From the NCBI RefSeq assembly GCF_036365525.1, contig NC_090413.1:26798262-26862261 (forward strand): 64,000 nucleotides of DNA, in the 5' to 3' direction. The stretch comes from Heterodontus francisci (taxonomy: Eukaryota). The notes beneath the pieces were generated by a model that worked only from the letters and a program-made list of their open reading frames with translations, searched no databases and had not been told where the DNA came from. The translations under genes and the position numbers were made by a program. Below, piece by piece: positions 23,274 through 36,500 of this stretch. Every line of letters begins with the position of its first letter. The first letter of the stretch is position 1.

Positions 23274-24569
23274 ACTGCATAGTGGGGGCAGGGGGTGTGT
23301 GTGTGGCGTGGTAGTGCAATGGGTCACAACAACAACAAAAACTTGCATTTAAATAGCACCTTTAATGTAATAAAACATCCCAAGCTGCTTCACAGGAGCA
23401 TTATCAGAGAAGATTTGACACCAAGCCACAGGAGATATTAGGACAGGTGACCTAAAGATTGGTCAGAAAGGTGGGTTTTAAGGAGCGTCTTATAGGAGGG
23501 GGGAGAGAGAGCGAGGGAGGTGGAGAGACTTAGGGAGAAAATTCCAGAGCTTTGGGCCTCAGCAGCTGAAGGCACGTCCGCCAATGGTGGAGTGAAGGTA
23601 ATTGGGAATGCACAAGAGGACAGAATTGGTGGAGCTCAGTGATCTCGGAGGGTTGTAGGGTTGGAGGAGATCACAAAGATAGGGAGGGTTGAGGCCTTGG
23701 AAGGATTTGAAAACATGGATAAGAATATTAATATTTGAGGCATTGCATATTACAGTTGCCAATTGTTATTCCTACACCCGTCTCTTTACTGTAATTTATA
23801 ACTGCAACACACATTTCCTCTGAATGGAACATTCTGCTGTTGGCAACAAGTGATTATGGGATTTGAGATGTTGTGACTTGTCCTGGCAGGTCAGTTTCTG
23901 ACTGTTCAGTCCCATTCACCTCATGGCTGAGTGCACAGTGTTTGTACCTGTGGAGATCTAGTCCCTAGGACTGAACAGTCTGTCATTTGAGTAAAGGTCC
24001 TGGTGCTCAGACAATTTCGGATCTTGTATCCTCCTATCATCCACTGTTGCCCGGTCATATCACTTCCAGCATTGGGTCAGTATCATGTACCTCAGTCAGC
24101 AGCACTGTTGCCTCTGAGTCAGAAGGTTTTGGGTTTAAGTCCCACTCCAGAGACATGAGCACAAAAACAGCAAGGCTTACACTCTCTGCGCAGTACTGAG
24201 GGAGTGCTGAATAGTTGGAGGTACCTTCTTTCAGATCAGATATCAAACCAAGGCCCTGTCTGCCCTCTCAGGTGGAGACAAAAGATCCAATGCCGCTGGT
24301 TAGAAGAAGAGCAGGGGAGTTCTCTCCGGTGTCCTGGTCAATATTTATCTCTCAATCAAAATCACTAAAACAGATTATCTGTTATTACCACATTGCTGTT
24401 TGTGGGATCTTGATGTGCACAAATTGGCTGCATTACAACAGTCAATGCACAGCAAAAGTACTTCATTGGCTGTAAAGCGCTTTGGGATATTTTGCGGTGT
24501 TGAAAGATGATATATAAATGCAAGTCTTCCAACTTGGTCTTCAGCGTCACTGACGAATGGTTTTTAAAA

Positions 24570-25170
24570 GCAGGAAATGAAACTTTGTTCAGCTGCACAC
24601 TATCACATTCTATCAGTAAGCCTTTTTCGTTGATTTTGTGTCAATGGAGCAGCTTGGCTTGTCTCTTTGATGCTTTGTGAAGGCACACCGACCGAGACTG
24701 ACAGAAAAAAATAATCTTCTGGTCGTCAAACTTGTTTCAGAGGGAATTTCTCATTTTATCTCCTCCCGAAATAAAACTTATGACTGAAAAGTTTTGTTCA
24801 GAAAAAGATCCGGAGCGAAGAAGTGAGTAAAAGAGTCAGTTGTTTGATGTACTGGTAAGCTGGGGGAATCCCGAAAGTAGAAATATAACTTATTTTATTG
24901 ACTGAGTTAAGGCTGCCAAGTTTCATTTCGTTCAGACCCCTCTCCTAAACTTTTAGATGGACTCTTCCAAACATGTTCAATCTCCACTCTGTCTTGTGAC
25001 TCAGTGGGTTGGGTAAAGTATGTGAGAAAAGGGTTCGAACTGACTTTCTGTATTGAAGAAATCTTATTTCTATTTTACTTTCCGAAATGTGAAATTTGAA
25101 CTGCTTTGTTCTACATTTTTTGCAAAATTTATGAGTAAAGTATATTTTTGAAAAAAAAAGATGCCAGACT
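24570..25170 (+). promoter_or_regulatory. Putative DNASE2 promoter with IRF/ISRE and NF-kB motifs
   Basis: GGAAATGAAACT 24573-24584; GGGAATTTCT 24742-24751; GGGGAATCCC 24863-24872; AGTTTCATTTC 24919-24929; unique sequence just upstream of a candidate non-coding exon. Confidence 0.55.
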
Positions 25171-25274
25171 TCTGACAGGTGCTTTAACTGCAGCAGAACA
25201 GGCAGAGAGAGGGGCAGGGACGGTGGTGCCAGTGAAAGCAGGCACCGTATTGAAGGAAGATCCACAGCAAGGCA
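25170..25274 (+). other. DNASE2: Candidate non-coding first exon of DNASE2 (5' boundary uncertain)
   Basis: Donor ggca|gtgagt; the DNASE2 ATG sits directly after an acceptor (tttttcag|ATG), implying an upstream exon; the splice gives gcaATGG. Confidence 0.5.
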
Positions 25275-25479
25275 GTGAGTACATGAAAACTGTAACTGGG
25301 GGGGATAAAGTGAAGGACTGAGGGAGAGGGGAGATCAAAGGGACTCGTTTTCATGTCCCTAACACAGCTGGACCAGAGAAACTGGATTTGTACGTGTGTT
25401 TTTTAAAATCTCAACTTTATTTTAGGCTGCAGTTGAGGACTGGTGAAGTTTTCTCTTGTGGGTTCATGACAGGATCAGT

Positions 25480-25898
25480 GGAGACAGTGGCTCAATGGTA
25501 ATGTCACTGGACTAGTAATCCAGTGGCTCAGGCTAATGCTGAGGGAACAAAGGTTCAAATCCCAGCATGGCAGCTGGTGAGATTTAAAATGTAACTAGTA
25601 AATGCAATTGATTAATAAAAATCTGGAATTGAAAGCTAGTCTCAGTGATGGTGCTATGAAACTATCATCAATTGTCGTAAAAACCCATCTGGTTCACTAA
25701 TGTCCTTTAGGGAAGGAAATCTGCCGTCCTTACCCGGTCTGGTCTACATGTGACTCCAGACCCACAGCAATGTGGTTGACTCTTAACTGCCCTCTGAAAT
25801 GACCTCACAAGCTGTTCAGTTGTCAAGGGCATTTAGGTATCGGCAACAAATGCTGGCCTGGCCAGTGATGCTCACGTCCCATGAAAGAATTAAAAAAA
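25480..25898 (+). mobile_element. tRNA-derived SINE sharing its 3' tail with the LINE at 4971-7881; degraded inverted copy at ~26230-26605
   Basis: A box GTGGCTCAATGG, B box GGTTCAAATCC, last ~70 nt match 7803-7870. Confidence 0.8.
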
Positions 25899-27481
25899 GA
25901 TCTTTTTGAGATTGTCTCATTGTTCCTGCTCTCAGATTACTCAACCTTGTCTTTTCTCACCCTCAATCTTTACACACTTTTATAAGCATTTGTTTACAGG
26001 GTTATAGATTACAAGCCTGCACCGCCTAAGCCAACAACGACAATTTAAGTCAGTGTTATTTACAGGGGCACAAGTAAATCTCCAGTTAATGCCCACCACC
26101 TGCTTACAATTAAACACAATTAATATAAAATTAAGAATTCTTTTCATATTTTTGGTGCAAAGTGCTCCCAGCTCTTAATACTAGCCTTTTCGAATGGCTT
26201 TGATGTTCTTATAAACTGAAAAACCTATTCCTTTATTCATTCTCAAGATGTGGACATTGCTGGTTAGACTGGTCTTTATTGCCCATCCCTAGTGAGGTGG
26301 TAATGGGTTGCTAGTAACAATTTGATACAAAACTGAATGACTTAATAATCAGTCACATTGGTATGGGACTGGAGTCACATATAGACCCAGACTGGGAAAG
26401 GAGGGCAGGTTTCTTTGCCTGAAGGACATTAGTGCACCATTTAGGTTTTTATAACAATCTGACAGCTTTATGACCACTTTTACTGATACCAGTTTTTTAT
26501 TTCTAGGTGGTTTCGAATCCAAATTATCAAACTGCCATGGTGGGATTTGAACTCACATTCTTTGGAGTATTTGGGAAGACTGGCTGAGTAACATAACCAC
26601 ATACCTAGGTGAAGGGCTAAGCTGCCACTAATGATTGAAAACAATAGGAAAGCTTAAGGTGCAGAAAGTCAGTGATTTAGATAATGCCAACCCTGGGTTT
26701 CAGGAGTCTATAGTTATGGGGCAAATGGTTGGCTTTGAATGTAGATTGTAGAAGTTGATGCAATGAGTGTTGATTTTGAAACAGGAAGGGGAAGGCAGAG
26801 CACGTTAAACGATACATTTCAAAACAAACCCTGGCCGCACATTTAATCCACTGCCAGAATTTTTTTAAGAATCACTTCTTCGGTTATGGGTATCACTGGA
26901 AAGGCTGGCGTTTATTGCCCATCACTAGTTGACCTTGAGAAGGTGATGGTGAGCTGCCTTCTTCCCAAGCGGCTGCACTCCATGCAGTGAAGGTGCTGTT
27001 AGGGTGGGAAGTTCCTGGATTTTGACCCAGTGATGATGAAAGAGTGGTAATAGATCTCAATAACTGCATTTACATAGCACCTTTAACCTAGTAAAACATC
27101 CCAAGGTGCTTTATAGGAGTGTTATCAAACAAAATTTGGCACTGAACCACATAAGGAGATATTAGAACAGGTGACCAAAAGCTTGGTCAAAGAGGTAGAT
27201 TTTAAGTCGCATCTTAAAAGGAGGAGAGAAAGGTTTAGGGAGGGAATTCCAAAGCTTAGGGCCCAGGCAGCTGAATGCACGGCAGACAATGATGGAGTAA
27301 AGAAAATGCAAGAGGCCAGAATTGGCCAAGCGCAGATTATCTCGGAGGGTTATAGGACTTGGGGAGATTACAGGAAGGAGGCTATGAACGGGTTTATAAA
27401 CAAGAATGAGAATACAATGATTACTGGCTGGGAGAGGATACTTTCAACCTGTCAATCTTCAATATTCTCATTGTTTTTCAG

Positions 27482-27594
27482 ATGGACATCTCTGTTTGTT
27501 GGTGCACACTCGCTTCTCTGATTGTTGCCTGTTTTGTGTCTCCTGTGATCTCTGACATTTCCTGCTACAATGATGATGGTCAGCCTGTCGATTG
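27482..27594 (+). CDS. DNASE2: DNase II coding exon 1 (signal peptide)
   Basis: MDISVCWCTLASLIVACFVSPVISDISCYNDDGQPVDW. Confidence 0.92.
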
Positions 27595-30500
27595 GTAAAT
27601 TGGGGCATTTGTTACCCACATCCAAAACTTCTTTAACTAAACAGTGAGCTGCAAACATCAGGGAAATATTAGAAGTGACTTTTCTGATCAGCAAGGATCA
27701 TAGGAACAGGACTTTTTTTTTATTCATTCATGGGCGACGCTGGCCAGGCCAGCATTTATTGCCCATCCCTAATTGCCCTTGAGAAGGTGGTGGTGAGTTG
27801 CCTTCTTGAACCGCTGCAGTCCATGTGGGGTAGGTACACCCACAGTGCTGTTAGGAAGGGAGTTCCAGGATTTTGACTCGGTCTTGTAAGACTTAATCAG
27901 GGGTAACAGGTTACTCAAAAGAGTTGAGGAGTCACAGATGGTTTAGTTTAAAGGTTAAAGTGGTTTATGGAGAAGCGACAGGTCAAATACAACACATAGT
28001 CAGACTGGATATAGTAGGTATATGACATGTGACAGGTGAGAAGGTTTACTGGTCGTGGATCGGACGGACGGACGGAACAGCCTGATCTCTGCTGCTTGCT
28101 GTAACGATCTCTTCCACACCTTTAGGTTAATCAGGGTGATAAGCTGAAGCTAGCAACCCTAAAGAGCCTCCTCCCTTCGTCTGTCCTTTTCCCTACTTGA
28201 CTGCCTGTTTGTATACTTTACTTTTAGGGGTTGGTGAGTATCTCATGCCAATCATTTGTTCAATTACATCTTCCCATCTAATTGTCCAATTACCAAGGGA
28301 CAGGTACCCGAGATGAACCTCTCCTATTTCCATGCCCTCGCCCATGAAGTCACCTCATTGCTTGTTTCTTGTAAGAGAATCTTGCTGGCTTCACCAGACA
28401 TTTTTTTTTAGATAAGGAATCATGAGGCTTTATCAGGCCCAGGCCTGTATCTGGAGAAGTGATTTCTCCCTCTGGAAAACACAATGTATCTTGACTGCAC
28501 TGTGTCTGTGCTATCTTTAGCAGGCAGCTAAAGAGTTCCTTGAAGTGAGAGGTAGAGCGAGAAAAACCTATTTCTAAGAAGCCACTATCCCAGCATTTCT
28601 TTAACAACTATCAATTCGAGTCATTCAAAAATATTCTCAGAACTACCATTCCTTCCACCATTCAGACCTTTGTTCAACCATTCAATTAGATCACGGCTTA
28701 TCTTAAATCCATCTACCAGCCTTAACCCTTAATACCCTTCCTTAACAAAAATAACAGAAGCTCTGTTACCCACCAGAGGGGAAGGAGCCGTCTGTTCAGG
28801 TGGGAGGAAAGGGATTTCCCCCTCTTTCTATATCATTGAGGTTTGTGTGTTTCAGCAATGTCAGTAACACATTATTATTAACCTGAGAACTCACTGGAAG
28901 AATCTTATTTCATCATTTGGGAGAGAAATATTTTCTAGTGGTCCGACAAAGAACAATTCTTTTTGAAGAAAAGCTTTTGTATTTAGTGACCCAGATAGCC
29001 ATGGCTTTTAAGAGTGTTGGGCATTGCATATCCTGTCCTAGCAACACTGTGTAATATCTCAGACATACTGGTACTTTGAGAGGTATAAAACTAATTTAAT
29101 AAACTATTTGCGTGTTAGCACTCAAAGGGAGTAATTTTAACAGTGTGATGCTGTAAAACAGGTGAGAGTGGCTCAGTGATGCCTTTTACATCTCTTGTGA
29201 TTATTATTTCCATTGGAGTCAATTGGGAGAGATGTTAAAATGACCGGTGAACTGTCCGTCACTTAAACTATCATACAGTCAAAATGAACCCTGACAGCTT
29301 TCATTTCTGGGGCTGTAGATTGGTGCTGAGCACTTACTAAGTCAGGTACAGCACAGATTGATGGTGGTGTTCCCATGCGTCTGCTGCCCTTGTCCTTCTA
29401 GATGGTAGAGATCACGGGTTTGGAAGGTGCTGTCTAGGGAGACTTGGTGAGTTGCTGTGTTGCATCTTGTAGATGGTACACACTGCTGCCACTGTGCGTC
29501 AGTGGTTGAGGGAGTGAATGTTTAAGGTGGCGGATGGGGTATTGGTCAAGTGAGCTGCTTAGTCCTGAATAGTGTTGAGCTTCTTGACTCTGAGTGAGGC
29601 GGGGAGATATTGTGTTGTGGGCTCGTACCCACCAGGAGTGGTTTATTGAAGATGCCCATGACTAGGTTATGTGGGCAGTGTTCCCTTTTCATTCACACTG
29701 TCTTTCCTGTTGACTTTTATCTCCTTCCACCCCACCCCCTGTGTTTTCAGGTTTATTATTTACAAGTTACCCAAACACGTCAGTCAAAATGGTTTAACGT
29801 ACATGTACATGGACCCCACGACCTACAGCTGGAAAACTGGGAAACACTTAATCAATGAGTCTGACGGAGCTGTGGGAAAAACTGTGCAGCAGTTCTACAA
29901 TAGATCTAAACATCAGGTAACTGAAATGGTGGTTTCTGTCACTGAGCTGGAAGGGGCATGGTGCGAGGTGTTAATGATCATGAGGATAGTGATACAGGAA
30001 CCAATCACCCATTCATCGCTTTTGTAGGAGACAATGGGAGGATATTGACCACCAGAGTGAACTGCAGTCTGATAGTCTCCTCTTTGAATTTGAGAAAGAA
30101 AGGACCTGCATCTCCATAGTGACTTTCATAACCTCAGGACATCCCAAAGCGCTTTGCAGCCAATGAAGTACCTTTGAAGTATAGTCACTGTTATAATGTA
30201 GGAAGCACGGCAGGCAATTTACACACAGCAAGAGCCCACAGATGATAATGACCAGATCATCAATTTTTGGCGATGTTGATTCAAGGATAAATATTGGCCA
30301 GGACACCAGGGAGAACTCCCCTGCTCTTCAAAATAGTGGCCTTGAATTATTTTTTATGTCCACCTGAGAGGGCAGAATGATTCACCGAAACACACAATAC
30401 TACTTTGAAATGCTTTATTGACCATATGGTGCGTACTTGTGGAACTTTTCTATATCACAGAGCCCTGTAGGGTAATACTCCCTATGGCTGCCCTATAAAT

Positions 30501-33500
30501 GATTGAATTTCCCCAGATGTTTTGTCCCCCTCACACCCAAATTCTTCTTATGTTGTCAAATCTTTGGAGGGCTACAGGGAAGGAGTGGAGGCAGTGGGAC
30601 TAATTGGATAGCTCTGTCAAACAGCTGGCAGTATCATGATGGACTGAATGGCCTCTTTCTGCGTTGTATCATCCTGTGACTCAGTAATCCTGCAATAGCT
30701 AAATTCAGCAGAGGGTGGGTTGTGTACGAGGTGAGCTAAGGGATCCATCTGCTGGGGGCTACTGGAGTTTTGTGTGGTCTATCCTCCACCTCTTCAGCGT
30801 AGAGTGCGCCTGAGGATCCTGTGACCCCCCCGCCCAAAGGTTGGGGGCAGTGAGCTGCTGGACGGTGACCCCATGCTCTGTAATAACTTATTTGGATTGG
30901 TAAATATTCAGACAGGTTTCTTCCAAATCACAAATGGAAATCTGCAAACTGCTGCAAATTACACTGATATCTTAGTCAGCAGTTGGGACAGCTCACTAAG
31001 TGGTTCCTGGTTTTACAGACACCACAAAGTTGCTGGCTCAATAATTTTCTTTCCCCATCACCTCCTAGATCCCGTGACTAATCTGTAACTCAACTCCATC
31101 CACCAGCCTTGGTTCGTTGTCCCTTAACACGCTTCTGCAACAAAAACAATCTCAATTTTAAAATTTTTAATTGATACCCCGCAGCCTCAACAGCTTTCTG
31201 GGGGAGAGAGTTCCAGATTTCCACTAGCCTTTGTGTGAAGAACTGCTTCCTGACATTACCCCTGAATGGTCGAGCTCTAATTTTAAAGTTATGCCCCCTT
31301 GTTCTTGACTCCACATCCCACCCACCCCCGAACCCCCACCCAGGGAAATAGTTTCCCTCCATCTACCCTATCAAATCCTTTAATCATTTCAAACACCTCA
31401 GTTAGATCCTCCCTTAATCTTCTATACTCGAAAGAACACAAGCTGAGTCTGTGCAACCTGTGCTCCTCGTGCAACCATAATCGCCCTGGTACTGCTCTTA
31501 TTGGACAGACTGGTACAGAGTAGCTTGGGACACTGTTGGATGTGTGACAGCAATGTTCTCTCTCCAGGTTACAAAGCTATGGAAAGTGCTGTGACTTTGT
31601 TCAGGCAGCATGTGCTGAGCTGGGCAGGGAATACTCTGTGTTGTGCTGTCTGTGTTCATAAAAACATGTTGATATGGGATTTCCAGAGGGGCTGGTTCGC
31701 AGTTAGGGGGAGTTCTATGACTGTAGATGCCTGGACTTAATAGGTTGCTTAGAGGCAGTAAGAAGCAGCTGGAAAGATTTCTGCATTCATTCCTGTATTT
31801 TTTGTTTTTACAGAGTGACGATGTGGCATATGTGCTCTACAATGACCAGATCAGTGTTGACTCTACTACTCACATTGGCCATACTAAAGGTGATGAGCAA
31901 TCACTATGCAGTGATGTTTCCTCTCATGCAATAGTCTATAGGCCTTTCCATAAGCAACATTCTGTTTAAAATGGGTTTGGTTACAGGGCTATTTTCTCCC
32001 CACCTTCCTGCTGCTCTGCTTCTTTGCAAATGCGCTTGAAATATTTGATTGCTGAATGGATTTTTGTAGAGGTGATTTACGCCCAGCGTGTTAGGTGTCA
32101 GCTGTGGCTCAGTGGGTCACACTCTTGCCTCTGAGTCAGAGAGTTGTGGTTCAAGCCCCACTCTCAAAACTTGAGGGTCCACCCAGGCAGACACTCCAGT
32201 GCTACTATGGAGGGAGTGCTGCACTGTTGGAGGTGCCATCTTTCATTAAACCAAGGTACCCTCTCCATTGGATGTAAAAAAAAAACCTGTGGCACTATTT
32301 CAAAAGAGCAGGGGAGTTTGTCCTGATCAATATTTATCACTGAAACAGATTGTCTGGTCATTGTCACATTGCTGGTTGTGGGAGCTTGCTGTGCGCAAAT
32401 TGGCTGCTGTGTTTCCCACATTACTTCATTGGCTGTAAACCTCTTTCTGGTGCCTTGAGGTCATGAAAGGTGCTAAATCAATGCAACTTCCTTTATTCTT
32501 TGTGTCATTTAGATTTGGGGAACTGCATTCAGGCCCCTGTCTGCTGACAAGATTGTTTAGAACCATGACATCCTATTTGACCCTGAACTGAGCTTCCAAT
32601 CCTCATCTTCCCCAACACCAAGACCGCCGACTTCCAACTCCATAATGTCACACGTCTCTACCCCTGCCTCTGCCCGTCTTCTGCTGAAGCACACACCCTG
32701 CTTTGTTACCTCTAAACTTGGATACTCCAATACGCTCCTGCCTGGCCTCCCATCTTTCACAAACTGAGTTCGTCCAAAACTGCCCTTATCCTTACTCACA
32801 CCAAGTTCTGTTGACCCATCACCCCATCACCCCTGCTCACTGACCTGCACATTGGCTTCTGGTCTACAATGACTCAAGTTTAAATTTCTCATTTTTGTGT
32901 TCAAATTTCTCCATGGCTTCACCTCATCCCTATCTCTCTAACCTCGTCCAGCTCTATAAGCCTCTGAGAACTCTGCATTCTTCCAGTTTTGGCCTCTTAT
33001 GCATCTTCCTGATGTTTCTTTGTCCGTCCATTGATAACCGTGCCTTAATTTGCCTGGGCCCTAAACTCTGGAATTCCCTCTCTAAACCTCTCCACCTCTC
33101 TCATCTTTAAGACACTTCTTAAAACCTACCTCTGACCAAGCTTTTGGTCACCTGTCCTAATATCTCCTCATGTGATGTCAAATTTTGTTTCATGATGCTC
33201 CTGTAAAGCGCCTTAGGGCATTTTACTATGTTAAAGGTGCTGTATAAATGCAAGTTGTTGTTGTATTCCATATGTTGCAGCTTATACCTTGCAGTTCCCA
33301 CTGAGTCTAAAATTCAAACACCTTAATGATGGAATGTGTAGTCCTTATGTTGCTTCTGCTACTGGATTAGAGTATCTTGGTTGTTCTCACTGTGTCGTTT
33401 GGTTATATAGACACTGGAAGTGTTTACTGATCAGTATTTCTTTCTTCCTAAAACCAGGAGTTGTCCTTTTGGATCAGAAACAAGGCTTCTGGTTAGTTCA

Positions 33501-36500
33501 CAGTACTCCACACTTCCCATCAAGCACTGATGAATGGCACTCGTGGCCAGACAGTGGAAAGAAAAATGGACAATCGTTCCTCTGTGTTACATACCTATAC
33601 TCGCAGTTCATAGAAATTGGTGAGCAGATTGTTCGGCAAATGCTGCTGTCTTCTCTTTAAAATAGTGCAAAGCTCCCCGAGTGGCTCAGTTGTTAAATGT
33701 CCTGCCCAGGAAGCTCCCATTTTGATACCTAAGTGGACCTTAGCTGGGATGGTAATGCACTGGAAACCAATATCCAAAGTCCTGGGCTAAGGAAGGGGTA
33801 TAAAAAATTGGCCTGGGTTCCTACTTTCAATCAATATTCATTAACTGGGTGCAGTTTGGTCCAAGCAGTCTGGAGTTAGCTGATCTTATAACCCTTACAG
33901 TGGCCTGGCATGCTGACACTCCATATTGAGGCTGATTGGTGAATACTTTGGGCAAGCGTCTTCACCCAGAGAGTGGTGAGAATGTGGAACTCACTACCAC
34001 AGGGAGTGGTTGAGGCGAATAGAATGCATTTATGGGGAAGCTAGATAAACACATGAGGGGGAAAGGAATAGAAGGATATGCTGATAGGATGAGATGAAGA
34101 GGGGTGTGTTACGGTCAAGTGAGGAGGGGGTGAAAGGTTTCCTTCTTTTCCCTCTCCTTGTTTGACCACAACAGGTTTAACGCTTTCTTAAAGTGGATGT
34201 ACTGGCCAATTCAGCAGGTGTTTGATTACTTACTTGCTATGATCATAACCAGAACCAACTGGACAGGTTTTCTTGAGTTAACAAAGAAAGAGGTTAACTT
34301 TATTGTACCTAAACCAAACTAATAAAATAATAAACAACGCGCCAACTTTCACTGTCACGCACACCAGAGGTTTACACACACAAATAGGTTATAGAGTGAG
34401 GAAAGATAGATTGGTTGAGTTTAGAGGCCCATAAAAAAATGTATACAGTCTGTGCAGTTTGGTGATTCGGCTGGCTTCTAGCTGAATTCAGAGGTCCTGA
34501 GGCTTTTAGTTTGACGGAGGTAGACGACTGGTTTGGTGAGTCTCTTGGAGAAAGGGGTGCGGATGATTTTCTCCAACGGGATTTCTGATTGTAGCCAGAG
34601 TATGCAAAGGTGGTCAGTGAACAAGCAGGATTTGAAAGCTTTCAAGCTGGAATGGAGAGAGACAGAGAGGGAGACCCTCACTTAGGGTCTACATGTGTCA
34701 GAGTCCAGTTGTTTTTCCTCTGCTGCAGAGAAAACACCATCTTAAAACCACAGATGGGGAGGGGCTTGTCACATGACAGTCACTCAGTCATTCAAACATA
34801 GCAGTTAGTAGTATTGCTTCTTGCTAAAAGAAAGAGAACAAACAGTCCCTTAAACTTCCTGGGTCTTGATTCTTGCTGGGGAATTAGCAGACATTTCTTC
34901 TCCCTCCTCAGGCCTTTGCAATGTAGGATACAGTGTTGCAAACTAGGTGATCATTTTAAGCTGCTATCAAAGTCATCTTTTTAAAATGTCTTTTAAAAAC
35001 AAATAAATTCAGATTGCCAGTCAGTGGATTAAAGAAAATTATCATTTAACAAAGCACATTAGTGTAATAAGTGGAAGAAGGCTCGTGTGGAGCATAAATA
35101 CAGTATGGACCAGTTGGGCCGAAAGGCCTCTTTCTGTGCTAAGGCCTTGTAAGATTTTTGATAAGGTAGGGGTGTTTTATAACCCCTTCTAAGGTGGGAA
35201 CAGACTTGGCAGCAAACAGCTTGTTGTGAATTGATTTAATTGAGATATAGGTAAGGACAAGTTTGTCAAATTCTCAGTAAGCTATTGTAATTAACAGTCT
35301 AACCTGTATTATGGACTGGACAGCAGAGCACATGACTCTCTCTCTTGCAGCTTGTGGTCTTCAAGCTTTTGGCTCTCTCTCTCTCTCTTGTAGTTTCTTG
35401 TTGTTCAAATTCTCTGCCGCATATTGGCAAAGTCACAAGCCAACTTATTCTGGCAGCCTTGCAGTTAACACCAATCTGTGAGCAGTCTTGTATTAAAGGA
35501 TGTCTTTCTTAACCAACCAAGGATTCTTTTGTGATGGTTGCCAACCTTTTCATTCCTGCTATTAAAACGTAGAAAAAGTCTTTGTGTTAACCACCTTATG
35601 TCAATGCTTGTACTTTTCCGGGGATGCCTTATCTCACTATAAGACAAATCTATGCAGAGTCTGTCACTGTCTGCTCTCAAGATCTGACATTTTTACTGCA
35701 AGCAAGCATTTTAAAACTTGACATAAGACGGAATCTCTCTGCCTTGACATCTTGTCTATACTGTACCTTATTTCCTACCTTTTCCCACTTTTCCATACTA
35801 CAAAGAAGGATTCTAATAAAGCAAAATGTTAGTTTATAATAAGTCATTGTTAGTTTATAATAGCTAGATTTTAACAATTAGTATGCTGGTTAGTAACTTT
35901 TAGCAATCTAATAATTGAGATAGCTGATGCCTGCGAAACTCCAACCATCAGGAGAGCAAATAAATCACCCCCCCCCCCCCCCAAACTGGGGCGGCACAGT
36001 GGCGCAGTGGTTAGCACCGCAGCCTCACAGCTCCAGCGACCCGGGTTCAATTCCGGGTACTGACTGTGTGGAGTTTGCAAGTTCTCCCTGTGTCTGTGTG
36101 GGTTTCCTCCGGGTGCTCCGGTTTCCTCCCACATGCCAAAGACTTGCAGGTTGAAAGGTAAATTGGCCATTAGAAATTGCCCCTAGTGTAGGTAGATGGT
36201 AGGGAAAATATAGGGGACAGGTGGGGATGTGGTAGGAATATGGAATTAGTGTAGGATTAGTGTAAATGGGTGGTTGATGGTCGGCACAGACACGGTGGGC
36301 CGAAAGGGCATGTTTCAGTGCTGTATCTCTAAACTAAACTAAACTAAAAAAGAGCGTCTCTTGCTCTTTAATTTGTTTTACTTTATTCATTGAAGGATTA
36401 CACTGTTGTGAAAGTTTCCTGAAATATCTAACCTCTCCTCCTGCCATGTTGCCTTTTGTAGGGACGCAGTTGTTGTACAACAACCCTCGTGTCTACTATC

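Noticed and set aside
27885-28660. Possible solo LTR starting TGTAAG
   Set aside because: Could not identify a matching right terminus or TSD
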